Below, piece by piece: positions 37,994 to 48,574 of a stretch of DNA of 64,000 nt. Source of the stretch: Bdellovibrionota bacterium (GTDB lineage: Bacteria; Bdellovibrionota_C; UBA2361; JAAYZI01); contig JBMNIF010000005.1 of NCBI GenBank assembly GCA_050950765.1, positions 32,001 through 96,000 of the forward strand, written 5' to 3'. Position numbers and translations under genes: made by a program. Numbering within the stretch: position 1 is the first letter of the stretch; each line of letters opens with the position of its first letter. Below the pieces are notes generated by a model that saw only the letters and a program-made list of their open reading frames with translations, ran no database searches and had not been told where the DNA came from.

Positions 37994-38194
37994 ACGAATC
38001 AGTTAGTAATAAAAAAGTGCTTCATTAAAATTAAAAAAGAGTTCTATTTAGTTCCAAGAGCTTGATCTTAGACACTTTTATAAATTAAGCGCCTTACTCG
38101 AGTTTGCTTAAAAAAATAGTAATTTTTCTTATTTTTCTACTCTTTTTAAGAAAATAATGGAGAGGAAAGGTATTATTCTGATAAAAACCCTTCT

Positions 38195-39232
38195 TTACAT
38201 ATCTACTTTTTTTTCCATCTCTACGGTTTTTATATTCAAAAACTCTAAAAACCTTAGCGGCCAATATAAAGCATACGGAGTGCTTAAGGCAGTACCATCA
38301 TAAAACTCTTCAAAAGGTGTTTTTTCAGTAGTATCAGACTCCTCTTCTTGCGAAGAGGTGCTAATTTTTTTAGCAGAATCTGGGTACTTTAGTGCTCTTT
38401 CTTGGGAAGACAACTCCTTTGCACCGTAATGAATTAACTTCAAAATAGATAGCGCCACAGGTTCTATCTTTCTTAAGTTCATCCCTATCTCGGAAAATTT
38501 AATGGAGTCATCGTAATTTCCATCTGCCAAAGAAGCTAATGCCAGATTTTGAATTAAACACGGATCTTTTTTTAGATCTTTTTCTGCCATAAATGTTAAT
38601 ATCATGGAATAAGCTTCATCTGCTCTACCTTTAGCAATTAACAATTTGCTATGCCGACACATTTCATCTGAAGAGTGTGAAAGATGAAAGGCGCTATCTG
38701 AATAACATAAAGCGAGATCTTCTTCTCCGAGCATAAAATGCAGGACTGCAAGGCTTCTGGCGAAGTCAGTAGCCTTTTCAAATTCACGCCACCTTAAAGC
38801 TGTTTGATAAGCTCTTTTAAGATACGTCTGAGCAAAAGGATAATTATGTTCTGCCATATACAGCTGCGCCAAAGCAGCCATAACTTTTGTTGATTGAGGA
38901 TTTTTTTTCAGTAACCTTAATAAGATCTCCTCAGCATCAGGGAAGCTATTTTCCTGAATTAACGTCATAGCTAGATTAAATAAGATATTTTCTGCATTAG
39001 GAGCAACATCTAAGGCTTTTCTGAACTTAAATTCGGCATCAACAAAACGGCTACGAGAATAATAATTCAAGCCCTCTCTCGTTAGAGAGACTACTACTAA
39101 ATCATCTTTCGGCACGAAGCTCTGTTCTTGCACCTCTTTTCGAGGCAAAGCGCACCCTGAAAAGATAAATACTCCTATCAAAATCGATCTTATACCTCTC
39201 TTTGATAAGATCTTAGAAAAGTTTTTTTTCAT
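38195..39232 (-). CDS. TPR-repeat lipoprotein
   Basis: Lipobox FSGC; TPR-like helices. Confidence 0.7.
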   Translation of the reverse strand: MKKNFSKILSKRGIRSILIGVFIFSGCALPRKEVQEQSFVPKDDLVVVSLTREGLNYYSRSRFVDAEFKFRKALDVAPNAENILFNLAMTLIQENSFPDAEEILLRLLKKNPQSTKVMAALAQLYMAEHNYPFAQTYLKRAYQTALRWREFEKATDFARSLAVLHFMLGEEDLALCYSDSAFHLSHSSDEMCRHSKLLIAKGRADEAYSMILTFMAEKDLKKDPCLIQNLALASLADGNYDDSIKFSEIGMNLRKIEPVALSILKLIHYGAKELSSQERALKYPDSAKKISTSSQEEESDTTEKTPFEEFYDGTALSTPYALYWPLRFLEFLNIKTVEMEKKVDM

Positions 39233-39244
39233 ACTTCCTACCTG

Positions 39245-39985
39245 TCAGATGGACTTTTGACGTTTGAAGAAGAACTCGGGGATGCTCTTAATTACAAGCA
39301 TTATCCCCCACCAGAAACACGGCAAATAAACAACATCTCTCTTTTTATTGATAGCTTTAAAGATACCCTTTGCAACCACATCAGGAGTTACAAATAGGGC
39401 GTTTTTCTTAATCCCTGCCGTCATTGGAGTATCTACAAAACCAGGCTTTATTGTAATTACACTTACACCTCTAGAGAAAAGTCTATTTCTCAAACCTTGT
39501 AAAAAGAGAGAGAGTCCCCCTTTTGCTGCGCCATAGATATAATTACTCTGTCGTCCGCGATCTCCTGCTACCGATGAGATCACCGCAATGGTTCCTGAAT
39601 TATTTTCCGCAAAATGATTGGCGATAGGAGTAAGAAGTGAAACTACACTGATAAAGTTTGTATTTAACTCCCGCTCTGTCGTCTCAAAACTTTGCTCGCA
39701 CTCCTCTTGATTAGGGAGAGAGCCGTAAGCCACTAAGACAGTATTATAATCCGGCATAATTTGAGAGATCTTTTCTAGTAGCGCTTGATGTGCCTTGCAA
39801 TCAGCCAAATCAGAAACAATATGATTTACAGAAACAGCACCACGAGTAGTAAGATCAGCCTTTAATGCATCTAAATGAGTTTCATTACGTGCTACTAACA
39901 ATAAATTATCCCCATTAGCGGCAAAAAGCTTAGCCGTTTCCATTGCGATCGCCGAAGTTGCCCCAAAAATAACACAATTACGCAT
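39245..39985 (-). CDS. SDR oxidoreductase, DprE2-like
   Basis: FGATSAIA, ISSVAGDRGRQSNYIYGAAK, KPGFVDTPMT; adjacent to a DprE1-like gene. Confidence 0.85.
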   Translation of the reverse strand: MRNCVIFGATSAIAMETAKLFAANGDNLLLVARNETHLDALKADLTTRGAVSVNHIVSDLADCKAHQALLEKISQIMPDYNTVLVAYGSLPNQEECEQSFETTERELNTNFISVVSLLTPIANHFAENNSGTIAVISSVAGDRGRQSNYIYGAAKGGLSLFLQGLRNRLFSRGVSVITIKPGFVDTPMTAGIKKNALFVTPDVVAKGIFKAINKKRDVVYLPCFWWGIMLVIKSIPEFFFKRQKSI

Positions 39986-41294
39986 GATTTTCTCCTATGA
40001 CACGCCGCCAAAAACTTGATGAAAAACGGGGATCAATAAACTTAGAAAATTCTTTCCAACGTGGATAGAACTTCTTAAAGCTCTCTCCAGCCATACACGC
40101 ATCTTTAGCAGGATATAAAGCACCCCCCGCTTCTACGGTCATATCCTCTAAAGTTTTAAAAAGCTTAAAAGAAGAGTCACCTCTAAAAGGAAAATCCATG
40201 CATAAAGTCGTCCCCTTTCTCGGAAAAGAGAGCATCCCTGGAGATTTCATATCGCCGAAATCTTTAATCACACTTAAAAAAGAAGCGGAGCCGTTATCTA
40301 CAATTTTGTATAACATCTCTTTAAGCACCCCTTCTGCAGCATCGCTCGGTATTACACATTGGAATTGCAACAGACCCCGTTTGCCATATCCGCGATTCCA
40401 ATTGTTCACCATGTCTAAGGGGTAGAAAAACGGCTCATAGTGTTGAATGGCTTTTACCTTTTTATGGATCTGCTTATGATAATACAAGGTATTGATTAAC
40501 TTCATCGAATAACGGTTGACACACCATTCCGGAAAGATAAAAGGAACGTTTAAGAACGGATCACGGTGCGTTTTCTTGCCATACTTCGGATCAGAGCAGT
40601 GATTGCCACGCATGTAAACACCACGCGCAAACTTGTCACCGGAGGTGATACAATCTATCCAAGCAACGGTATAATCATAATCTTTATCGGACTCATTTGA
40701 TAAAGCGTGATATTCCTCCAGACCCGAGAACTGAATCCCTTCCATATCGATATAACTTGATTCAATCTTTTTTAATTGAATATCAGCATCAAGGATTAGA
40801 CCGGTCAGTCCGATCCCTCCAATCGTTGCAGCGTAAAGGTCACTATTTTCCGTTTCTGAACACTCTTTCTTCCCGTCAGATCGTAGCAACGAAAAACGGG
40901 GTACATAATTACCAAAACACCCCGCTTTATGGTGATTCTTTCCATGCACATCATTAGCAATAGCACCGCCAACGGAAACAAACTTAGTACCAGGTGTAAC
41001 AGGCAAGAACCAACCCCGCGGAACTGCAAATCTTAAGATATCTGCTAAAGTTACCCCTGCCTCACAACGCAATAAACCTGTTTCATTATTGAAAGAGATA
41101 AAACGATTTAAAGACGTTGTAACGATAATTGAATTATCACCATTTAAAGCAACATCACCGTAACTTCGCCCCTGCCCATACGCCAGTAGTAGATCAGATC
41201 CGTATGTTGCTAAATCAGACGGCAACCAGATCGGTTTATAAAAATTTTGAGAAACCTGCGGATAACGCCCCCAAGATTGAAAATTTTGCACCAT
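39978..41294 (-). CDS. FAD-binding oxidoreductase, DprE1-like
   Basis: GQGRSYGD, PVTPGTKFVSVGGAIANDVHGKNHH, FFYPLD, LSFPRKGTTLCMDF, YPAKD; start at internal ATG 41294. Confidence 0.88.
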   Translation of the reverse strand: MVQNFQSWGRYPQVSQNFYKPIWLPSDLATYGSDLLLAYGQGRSYGDVALNGDNSIIVTTSLNRFISFNNETGLLRCEAGVTLADILRFAVPRGWFLPVTPGTKFVSVGGAIANDVHGKNHHKAGCFGNYVPRFSLLRSDGKKECSETENSDLYAATIGGIGLTGLILDADIQLKKIESSYIDMEGIQFSGLEEYHALSNESDKDYDYTVAWIDCITSGDKFARGVYMRGNHCSDPKYGKKTHRDPFLNVPFIFPEWCVNRYSMKLINTLYYHKQIHKKVKAIQHYEPFFYPLDMVNNWNRGYGKRGLLQFQCVIPSDAAEGVLKEMLYKIVDNGSASFLSVIKDFGDMKSPGMLSFPRKGTTLCMDFPFRGDSSFKLFKTLEDMTVEAGGALYPAKDACMAGESFKKFYPRWKEFSKFIDPRFSSSFWRRVIGENHA

Positions 41295-41329
41295 TTTCAC
41301 CGTTCTCCAAGATAAAATTTTCCGTCTAA

Positions 41330-42769
41330 TTAACCTCCGGTCCAACCGGCTAAAAACAGAATCACAACACTAAATATTGCAATGAAATAACTAATTTTAT
41401 CGTACATAGCAAAGATAATCGGATCTTGGTTCATCTCACCTCTGTGTGTCAATATCCAGACACGTGCAATCCAATATAAAATAGCAGGACAAAGTAACCA
41501 AATAAGCCACGGTCGTTCATATAACTGCTGTTGATTGTTGGCGTTGATATAGAGCGCTAAGACCAATACAGAGATGAATCCACTAGCGATACCAAACTGA
41601 GAAACAGCTTCAATATCAGATGATCTATAACCACGCCCTGCTATAAGTTCTGTCTTGTCCATATTATACAATTCAGAAAAACGTTTTGTACATGCTAAGC
41701 TTAAAAACATAAACATAGCAAAAGCCATTAGCCACGGAGAAACAAAAACACCCCCAGCGCAACCTCCAGCAAATATTCTAAGCGCATACAAACTAGCAAG
41801 CACAATAATATCAATAACGACCTCTTGCTTTAAACGTACAGAGTAAAGGAAAGTTGTAATAAGGTACAACACTAAGACAGCAATAAACGGTGTAGATAAC
41901 GGGAGAGCTAACAACAACGAAGAGATCAACAAAAGTGGACCTAGAAACATACCGTAGGCGACAGGAACTTCACCTGAAGCAAAAGGACGGTTGCACTTCT
42001 CTTTATGTTTTCTATCACTATTAAGATCTAAGATATCGTTGATTATATAAACGCCGGAACAACAGATACAGAACACAAAAAAGGCATAAGAAGTTTTTAG
42101 TAATACTGAGATATCAAAGACCAGATGGGCAGCCAACATCGGGATAAAGAGTAGTAAATTTTTTAGCCACTGATGAAGGCGTATCATCTTCAGGAATGTT
42201 TTGAATGTAATCTTCTTTGCCGCTAAAACCTGCGTTACATTAACTTGCGCTTTAACCTCATCAATAAAACCCTTTGAACTACTCACCACCAAAGCAGACC
42301 TTGCTATTTTCCAAATTGGCACATCACAGCAGGCATCTCCAATATAATCGAAGCCCCCTACCCCGAATTTATCTCCCAGAATTTTCGCCTTACTTTCACC
42401 TTTTAAATTAAGATTCCCCGTGCTAGCGATGACTTCGGAAAAGATATTGAGATGATCTGCAATTTTTTTAGCTACGGAGATATTTGTAGCCGTACTTAAT
42501 ACGAGCTTTCGACCTTTAGCACGCTCTGCGCTTAAAAAATCTAACACCTCTTGATTGTAAGGTAACGTCACGGGATCAATATCAACTCGTTGCGCCAACT
42601 CCTCCTTTAAGCGCGCCTTTCCCTTAAAGTACCAGACTAAAAGAAGTGGAGCCTTGCACGGATCTGCCTTTATAAATGAACAGACCGCCTCCATTAGTGT
42701 GTCCGTAACAACGAGCGTACCATCCAGATCAACACATAATGGGATATCTAGATCTCCGTTTTGCATCAA
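41330..42769 (-). CDS. HAD-UbiA fusion, polyprenyl-phosphate phosphoribosyltransferase-like
   Basis: N-terminal VDLDGTL HAD motif; RLHQWLKN, YIINDILD..DRKH..KCNRPFASG, KRFSE. Confidence 0.88.
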   Translation of the reverse strand: MMQNGDLDIPLCVDLDGTLVVTDTLMEAVCSFIKADPCKAPLLLVWYFKGKARLKEELAQRVDIDPVTLPYNQEVLDFLSAERAKGRKLVLSTATNISVAKKIADHLNIFSEVIASTGNLNLKGESKAKILGDKFGVGGFDYIGDACCDVPIWKIARSALVVSSSKGFIDEVKAQVNVTQVLAAKKITFKTFLKMIRLHQWLKNLLLFIPMLAAHLVFDISVLLKTSYAFFVFCICCSGVYIINDILDLNSDRKHKEKCNRPFASGEVPVAYGMFLGPLLLISSLLLALPLSTPFIAVLVLYLITTFLYSVRLKQEVVIDIIVLASLYALRIFAGGCAGGVFVSPWLMAFAMFMFLSLACTKRFSELYNMDKTELIAGRGYRSSDIEAVSQFGIASGFISVLVLALYINANNQQQLYERPWLIWLLCPAILYWIARVWILTHRGEMNQDPIIFAMYDKISYFIAIFSVVILFLAGWTGG

Positions 42770-42785
42770 TTCAACCGAGTTATAG

Positions 42786-43481
42786 CTATTTTCTAGCCCA
42801 TAAATTGTACTTACAGATAGCGTAGATCGCCCTGAAGCCGTCTCTAGCCCCTATCTTTTTCCCTTCTTTATAAGTTCTGCCGTAATAGGAGATCCCGACT
42901 TCATAAATGCGACAATCTAAACGTGAAATCTTAGCAGTTATCTCCGGTTCAAAGCCGAAACGATCCTCCTCTATCGTGATCTGTTTTAAAATATCTCTTC
43001 TAAACATCTTAAAACACGTTTCCATATCTGTCAGGTTTATGTTTGTGAACATATTTGAAAGGAGTGTTAAAAACCTATTGCCCACCATATGCCAAAAATA
43101 AACCACTCTATGAGGCCCACCACCCATAAAGCGCGAGCCGTAAACCACATCAGCTTTATTTCTTAAGATCGGCTCCAACAATAACGGATATTCTTGAGGA
43201 TCATATTCCAGATCGGCATCTTGAACGATTACAACATCTCCCGTAGCAGCAGCAAAGCCCGTTCGTAACGCTGCTCCCTTCCCTTGATTGTGTTCGTGAT
43301 AAAGCACCTTATCTACCTTAGCTTCCAATTTCTCCTTTAGTAGATCCCTTGTTCCATCAGTAGAGCAATCATCAACAACTATTATCTCTTTTTTCTCGAC
43401 CGGTGAGTGTTTTACAGCCTCTATAATGTGTGCAATGGTCTCTTTTTCATTGTAACACGGAATAACAATTGAAAGTTTCAT
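42786..43481 (-). CDS. Glycosyltransferase family 2 (DPM1-like polyprenol-phosphate glycosyltransferase)
   Basis: [35 protein letters not shown] motifs. Confidence 0.9.
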   Translation of the reverse strand: MKLSIVIPCYNEKETIAHIIEAVKHSPVEKKEIIVVDDCSTDGTRDLLKEKLEAKVDKVLYHEHNQGKGAALRTGFAAATGDVVIVQDADLEYDPQEYPLLLEPILRNKADVVYGSRFMGGGPHRVVYFWHMVGNRFLTLLSNMFTNINLTDMETCFKMFRRDILKQITIEEDRFGFEPEITAKISRLDCRIYEVGISYYGRTYKEGKKIGARDGFRAIYAICKYNLWARK

Positions 43482-43821
43482 AAGTTCTCCAATAACTAGG
43501 TGCTAACGTTCCCCTTATATAAACAATATCCCGCAGGCGGTCAATAAGATGAAAGAAGCTAGAGGGCTCTCTTTTTACTACTAACTATTGAGCCAAAGGC
43601 TCCATCCATGTCCTTAAAAAGGTATTTTTTCTCTTTATTTTTCAATTCCCTATCTAGTTTTAATACTTCTCTTGTGTTATATTCATCAACGTAAGTTGCT
43701 GTTTTGTTGTTTGTTAGTTTTCGATGACTAACGTTTAAGTGCGTCGTTCACACTACCATGTTTGTTCTGCTGTATAACTGGGACTGTGAAAGGTTATTTC
43801 CAGTATCTTTTTGGAGTCTTC

Positions 43822-46293
43822 ATGAATCTCTTAGAGTCCACTGAGGAGAGTATCAAGGCTGATAAAAGTTGTCCTATTATTCTGCCTGCCATTTCTGAAG
43901 CTTTAACTTTTGACGGAACAGCTTGGTCTGAGATAGTTGAGCATCAAGTTACTATCAAAATCAATTTTTATATCGCTGCAAAGTTATTGCCATCGGTGAA
44001 GATGTTTGTTCATTGGGGAAGTTATGACGAGCTACCCGAAAGGTGGGCTACCGTTCCCGTTAAAAGTGAAGATATTAAGCAGATCGGCGAAAATCACTAC
44101 TGTATGCAGACCCGCATCAGAGTAGTTCGCAAAGGAAACTACGGCGCTACTGTTTATGCACAATTCGATGGTTGTGATGACACTCATTGGCAAGGTCGCC
44201 CCAGTGTGGATGATGTTAGGTTTCATATGGCGACGGACTCTTCAAACCTTTTAAATAAACTTGAAACTGTTAGGAAGAGTTGCTCAACTTTTTTACGAAA
44301 ATCCGTCTCTGAACGCCTTAATAATGGCATGACGATTGAGCAGACCCTAAAAGATATAAAAGCCGTTCCTACAGAAACAGAGATATCACAAGTAGTGTAT
44401 GAGTGCACAAAAGATGACGAGGCGATGCGTCGTAAACTCTCTAAGTTGTATTCGCAAGCTCGTAGAAAATTACGTGAAGTTGAAGATCCTAAAAAAGCCT
44501 CACGTGCAGCGTATGTTGTAAACGTTTTAGAGAATCTCGGTTTAGGTGAAGTAGTTTTGGTAGCCCCTGAAGGTCCTCATGCCATCGCCGGTGGTTTAGC
44601 ACATGTCATGATAGGTCTCCTCAAAACATTGTCACAACAGGGCGTAAAGGTGACCTTAATTTCTCCATTATACGAATATGCTCAAGGGAATAAACACCGT
44701 TCAGCTGAAGAGCTTTTGAAGGATGGTGTTAGGATTGGTGAAGAGACGTTACAACTACGGTGGGTGGGAGAGGTAGAGATCCCCTTTGGTCCAACGTATA
44801 GACCGAACTCAACAAACTGGAAGGATCCACCGAGTCGCGAGAGGTGTGTTGTTTACTCTGCAGAGTCAGGAAACCTCCGTCTTTTACTATTACGTCATGC
44901 GCGTTATGCAGCTACCCTTTATCCTGCTAATCTCGGAGCTGATGAACAGTTACGGCGAGCTATATTTTTATCTCGTGGGGCTCTTGAGGTTATGAAGGAT
45001 CCGTTGTTCGGAGTCCATCCTCAAAACATTCTTTCAAATGATTGGCTTGCAGCTTTAGTTCCGGCGTTCTTTAAACTCGATTTAAGATATAGTTGTGTTG
45101 AAGGTTTGAAGGATGCAAAAACAGTACACCTGATTCACAATTGTGGGCGTGACTATCACGGCAGAATTCCGGCGCAATATAACAATGCTGATCTATGGCC
45201 ATTACTTGAATTAGCCCCTGAGCACTATCAAGGTTTAGCAGATCCTCAAGATAATAGGATGTTAAACCTCACTTCTGGTGCGATTTTGCACTTAAACGGA
45301 GCGTTATTAGCAGTTAGTAAGCCGTATGCTAAACAGTTAATGACTTCAGACGGTGCAGATGGTTTACACAATGTTGTACTTGGACAGCGTGGAAAGATCT
45401 TTGGAATTAGTAATGCCATCGATCAATCAAAGTTACGCATGGCGATTCACAAGATAGGAAACTGTCGCATGGCGGAATTATCGCAAGATGGCGATGATAC
45501 GTCTGCCATAGAGGATAGGTATCTGGGAGAGGCTGATTTCTTAGAAAAATTGCCGCAATATAAGAAAGCGATTAAGCACCATATGCAACGTACGCTCGGT
45601 TTGGAAGAGAATGAAGAGCGGATATTTATAACTTTTATGGGGCGTATCGCTGAGCAGAAGGGGCTCTCTTTGTTTAACGGTTGTGCAGCGGGAGAGTGTA
45701 TTACAGTCTTAGAATCGCTCCTGTTAAAGTATCCGAATGTTCAATTTGTAGCAGCGGGACCACCTGTCGAAGGGGATGTTGCTGCCAATCATTTTCGTAG
45801 CTTGGTAGAGTATCTGAGTTGGAAGTATCAAGGTAGAGTTAGAGGGGTTTTTGAGTTCATACCGCATGAATATGCGATAGAGCTCCTCTCTGCCACTGAT
45901 TTTTATTTAATGCCTTCGCGCTTTGAACCTGGTGGAATAACTCAACTTGAAGCTTTGGCGTGTGGTGCTGTTGTTATTGCGCGTAATGTGGGAGGGTTGT
46001 CAGCAACGTTACACGGCTATGGGGATTTTTCAGATAAGAGTAATAGCTTTTTATTTAATGACTACTCGCCGACTGCTTTTCGTGATGTGATCTTTTACGC
46101 CCTCAATGAGTTGCGTGATAAAGAGAAGCTTCAAAAGATGATGATGCAGGCAGCGCAGGCGCAGCACGACTGGGGGCATCGTATGCCGCAATACCTAGCT
46201 TTATTGCAACACCTTGCTGGTGTTTTAGATAACGACGGGATGTATGATTATCTAGATAAGCGGCTACCAGTTCTGAAGAGTATGCAGGTCTGA
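43822..46293 (+). CDS. Glycogen/starch synthase-like GT5 protein with long N-terminal extension
   Basis: AGGL, NDW, HLIHN, GRIAEQKG, MPSRFEPGGITQLEA, VGGL; GGAG RBS before ATG 43822. Confidence 0.78.
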   Translation: MNLLESTEESIKADKSCPIILPAISEALTFDGTAWSEIVEHQVTIKINFYIAAKLLPSVKMFVHWGSYDELPERWATVPVKSEDIKQIGENHYCMQTRIRVVRKGNYGATVYAQFDGCDDTHWQGRPSVDDVRFHMATDSSNLLNKLETVRKSCSTFLRKSVSERLNNGMTIEQTLKDIKAVPTETEISQVVYECTKDDEAMRRKLSKLYSQARRKLREVEDPKKASRAAYVVNVLENLGLGEVVLVAPEGPHAIAGGLAHVMIGLLKTLSQQGVKVTLISPLYEYAQGNKHRSAEELLKDGVRIGEETLQLRWVGEVEIPFGPTYRPNSTNWKDPPSRERCVVYSAESGNLRLLLLRHARYAATLYPANLGADEQLRRAIFLSRGALEVMKDPLFGVHPQNILSNDWLAALVPAFFKLDLRYSCVEGLKDAKTVHLIHNCGRDYHGRIPAQYNNADLWPLLELAPEHYQGLADPQDNRMLNLTSGAILHLNGALLAVSKPYAKQLMTSDGADGLHNVVLGQRGKIFGISNAIDQSKLRMAIHKIGNCRMAELSQDGDDTSAIEDRYLGEADFLEKLPQYKKAIKHHMQRTLGLEENEERIFITFMGRIAEQKGLSLFNGCAAGECITVLESLLLKYPNVQFVAAGPPVEGDVAANHFRSLVEYLSWKYQGRVRGVFEFIPHEYAIELLSATDFYLMPSRFEPGGITQLEALACGAVVIARNVGGLSATLHGYGDFSDKSNSFLFNDYSPTAFRDVIFYALNELRDKEKLQKMMMQAAQAQHDWGHRMPQYLALLQHLAGVLDNDGMYDYLDKRLPVLKSMQV

Positions 46294-46371
46294 TCCCTTA
46301 CATCGGCATAGAGATAATACCTCCCTTCCTAACAGGGCGAATAAAGCTTTTTAATAAGTAGTGAGATCTTG

Positions 46372-47499
46372 TTAAAGAATAACAGCTGGTGCGCGTTTGG
46401 CGCAGGTCGTGATAAAAACATCTAGGATTTCATTCAATAAAAAGCTTAAGGTTGGACACTTAATTGTTTGAATATACGCTGGGCTATTGAGCAACTCCGT
46501 TTTTTCTATAACAGAGAGTAAGGCTTGGTCTAACTCAAGGTGGTGGTTATCTTGAATCTCAAATTGTATAAGATTTACACCTTTGCACAGATCTTCCAAT
46601 GTTTTGCTGTTAAAATCAAAGTCTGTATGTTCAGTTTTTTGCATAATAACTTCTAAAGATTCTGCAGCCTGCCAAACATTTTTAAAGGGAGGGAGTATGT
46701 TTTCTGTTACCACTGATTCAGAACTCTCTTCATTAGGCTTAATAATCCTAAGTTTTTGAGATCTATAATATAAAGGAGCTTCATGTAGAATTGTTTTGGC
46801 AACTTTTAAAAGTTCCATCAAGCTTCCTGAATTAGACTTCTGTGAATACTTGGCGATATTTATTATACTCTCTTGAAAGTCAGCGGCTTCGCCTATTTCT
46901 AAATACGCCTCTAAAGAGCGTAACCAACCCTTAACATCTGCTATGGAAACAAAGAGATTGGCACCTGATAGTAGATCAAAATTCTCAATTAGAGAGATCT
47001 GAAACTTACTCTCTCTTTTTATCACATCACAAAGTCTTTTTAGATACTCTCGATAGCGGTGCAGAGATCTCAACGTAGACACATCCTGCTTACAATCAAC
47101 AGTGGCTGCATAACGGAGGGCTCTGCAATACCGTTCAATGTTATATTCTGAAACATTTTCCCACGGAATTGTAATATTCAGATTCTGTTCTAACATCTCA
47201 GAAACTTTATGACGGGCGGCATCTAAACTAATTTGTAGAGGTTGCGTATTAAGAAAGCCGTGCCTGTTTCGGGACGACTTTTTACTATCAGCAGCAAATG
47301 ACCGATAACTTCTTTTGACTATATTAAACTTTTTAGGTTTTGCCCGATTTTCATCTCTTCTAGCAATACTCCGTGCGGTTCCGTTCTGTTGTCGTTTTTT
47401 ACCGTCTATAAGAGAGAGGTGTACTTCATTCGATTTTTCATCGACCGAACTCTTAGTAAATTTTTTAAAGTACATTTTTTGAAATCGTTGTGCCATCAC
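46372..47499 (-). CDS. Hypothetical protein
   Basis: 375-aa ORF, no recognisable motif. Confidence 0.55.
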   Translation of the reverse strand: MMAQRFQKMYFKKFTKSSVDEKSNEVHLSLIDGKKRQQNGTARSIARRDENRAKPKKFNIVKRSYRSFAADSKKSSRNRHGFLNTQPLQISLDAARHKVSEMLEQNLNITIPWENVSEYNIERYCRALRYAATVDCKQDVSTLRSLHRYREYLKRLCDVIKRESKFQISLIENFDLLSGANLFVSIADVKGWLRSLEAYLEIGEAADFQESIINIAKYSQKSNSGSLMELLKVAKTILHEAPLYYRSQKLRIIKPNEESSESVVTENILPPFKNVWQAAESLEVIMQKTEHTDFDFNSKTLEDLCKGVNLIQFEIQDNHHLELDQALLSVIEKTELLNSPAYIQTIKCPTLSFLLNEILDVFITTCAKRAPAVIL

Positions 47500-47662
47500 T
47501 AATCTATCTGCTCAATCTTTTAGCGTGATCCTATTGTGATATGTGTTAAAGTTAAAAATGTACAAAAAATCTTGAATTATAAGGGATTGATCACACTTGT
47601 TTTTCTGTGAGATTGTGTACAACAAAGGTATTTTTACACTACAAACACTTTTATGGGGGAAA

Positions 47663-48364
47663 ATGATAACTAAGATAACATACGCTGGTCATGCCGCAGT
47701 CTTTTTGGAATCAGAAGATGCGGTTATCGCCATAGATCCTTGGCTGGAAGGTAACCCAATCTGTCCGAAAGATCTGCACAATCCAAAAAAATTAGATCTG
47801 ATACTTCTAACACACGGGCATAGCGACCATGCTGGAGATACTCTCAGACTTGTTAAACAATATAAGTGTCAAGTTGTGGCTGTTTTTGAATTGAGCTGCC
47901 TCTTAGCAAAAGCCGGTCTGCCTCAAGATAGGATCATAGGGATGGGAAAAGGTGGAAGCATCACATGGCGTAATTTTAAAATTAATCTAACTAACGCCAT
48001 CCATTCCAGCTCTTATACCATCTCCGGACATACCGAGTATGCGGGAGAAGCTTGCGGAGTAATTATCAACGATGGCTCAAGAACATTTTATCATGCGGGA
48101 GATACGGCACTTTTTTCGGATATGAAACTTATTCGTGAAGAGTACTCGCCTGATATAGCGTTTCTTCCGATAGGAGACCACTTTACAATGGGTCCAGACT
48201 CTGCTGCAAAAGCAGCACAATTTTGTGGTGCTAAAACTGTTATACCGATCCATTACGGGACATTCCCTGCGCTAAGCGGCAGAGTAGAAGATTTTAAGGC
48301 TGCCTGTAAAAAGTTAGAGCTAACGGTTGTTGTGCCAGAGATCGGTAAAACCTTTACAATTTAA
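47663..48364 (+). CDS. Metallo-beta-lactamase-fold metal-dependent hydrolase (UPF0173-like)
   Basis: IDPW, THGHSDH, YHAGDT, PIGDHFTMGP, PIHYGTFP. Confidence 0.9.
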   Translation: MITKITYAGHAAVFLESEDAVIAIDPWLEGNPICPKDLHNPKKLDLILLTHGHSDHAGDTLRLVKQYKCQVVAVFELSCLLAKAGLPQDRIIGMGKGGSITWRNFKINLTNAIHSSSYTISGHTEYAGEACGVIINDGSRTFYHAGDTALFSDMKLIREEYSPDIAFLPIGDHFTMGPDSAAKAAQFCGAKTVIPIHYGTFPALSGRVEDFKAACKKLELTVVVPEIGKTFTI

Positions 48365-48403
48365 TTGCAAGAATTAACGGAGGAGGTATTTTTTTTCTCC
48401 ATC

Positions 48404-48563
48404 AGAAACTTATAACGTTATCGCCTAAGATGTGAACAGATAGCGAAAGGAGATTTGTAAGGGGGGAAAAAGACTCCTCCTCGTATTAGAAAGTTATAAC
48501 GTTATCGCCTATAAGATGTGACAGATAACGGAAGAAGATTTGTAAGGGGGGAAAACTCCCCTT
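48404..48563. repeat. Degenerate tandem duplication (about 84-bp period) between convergent genes
   Basis: TTATAACGTTATCGCCTA..AGATGTGA..CAGATA..AGATTTGTAAGGGGGGAAAA in copies starting at 48404 and 48488. Confidence 0.8.
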
Positions 48564-48574
48564 CCTTAAAAAAC

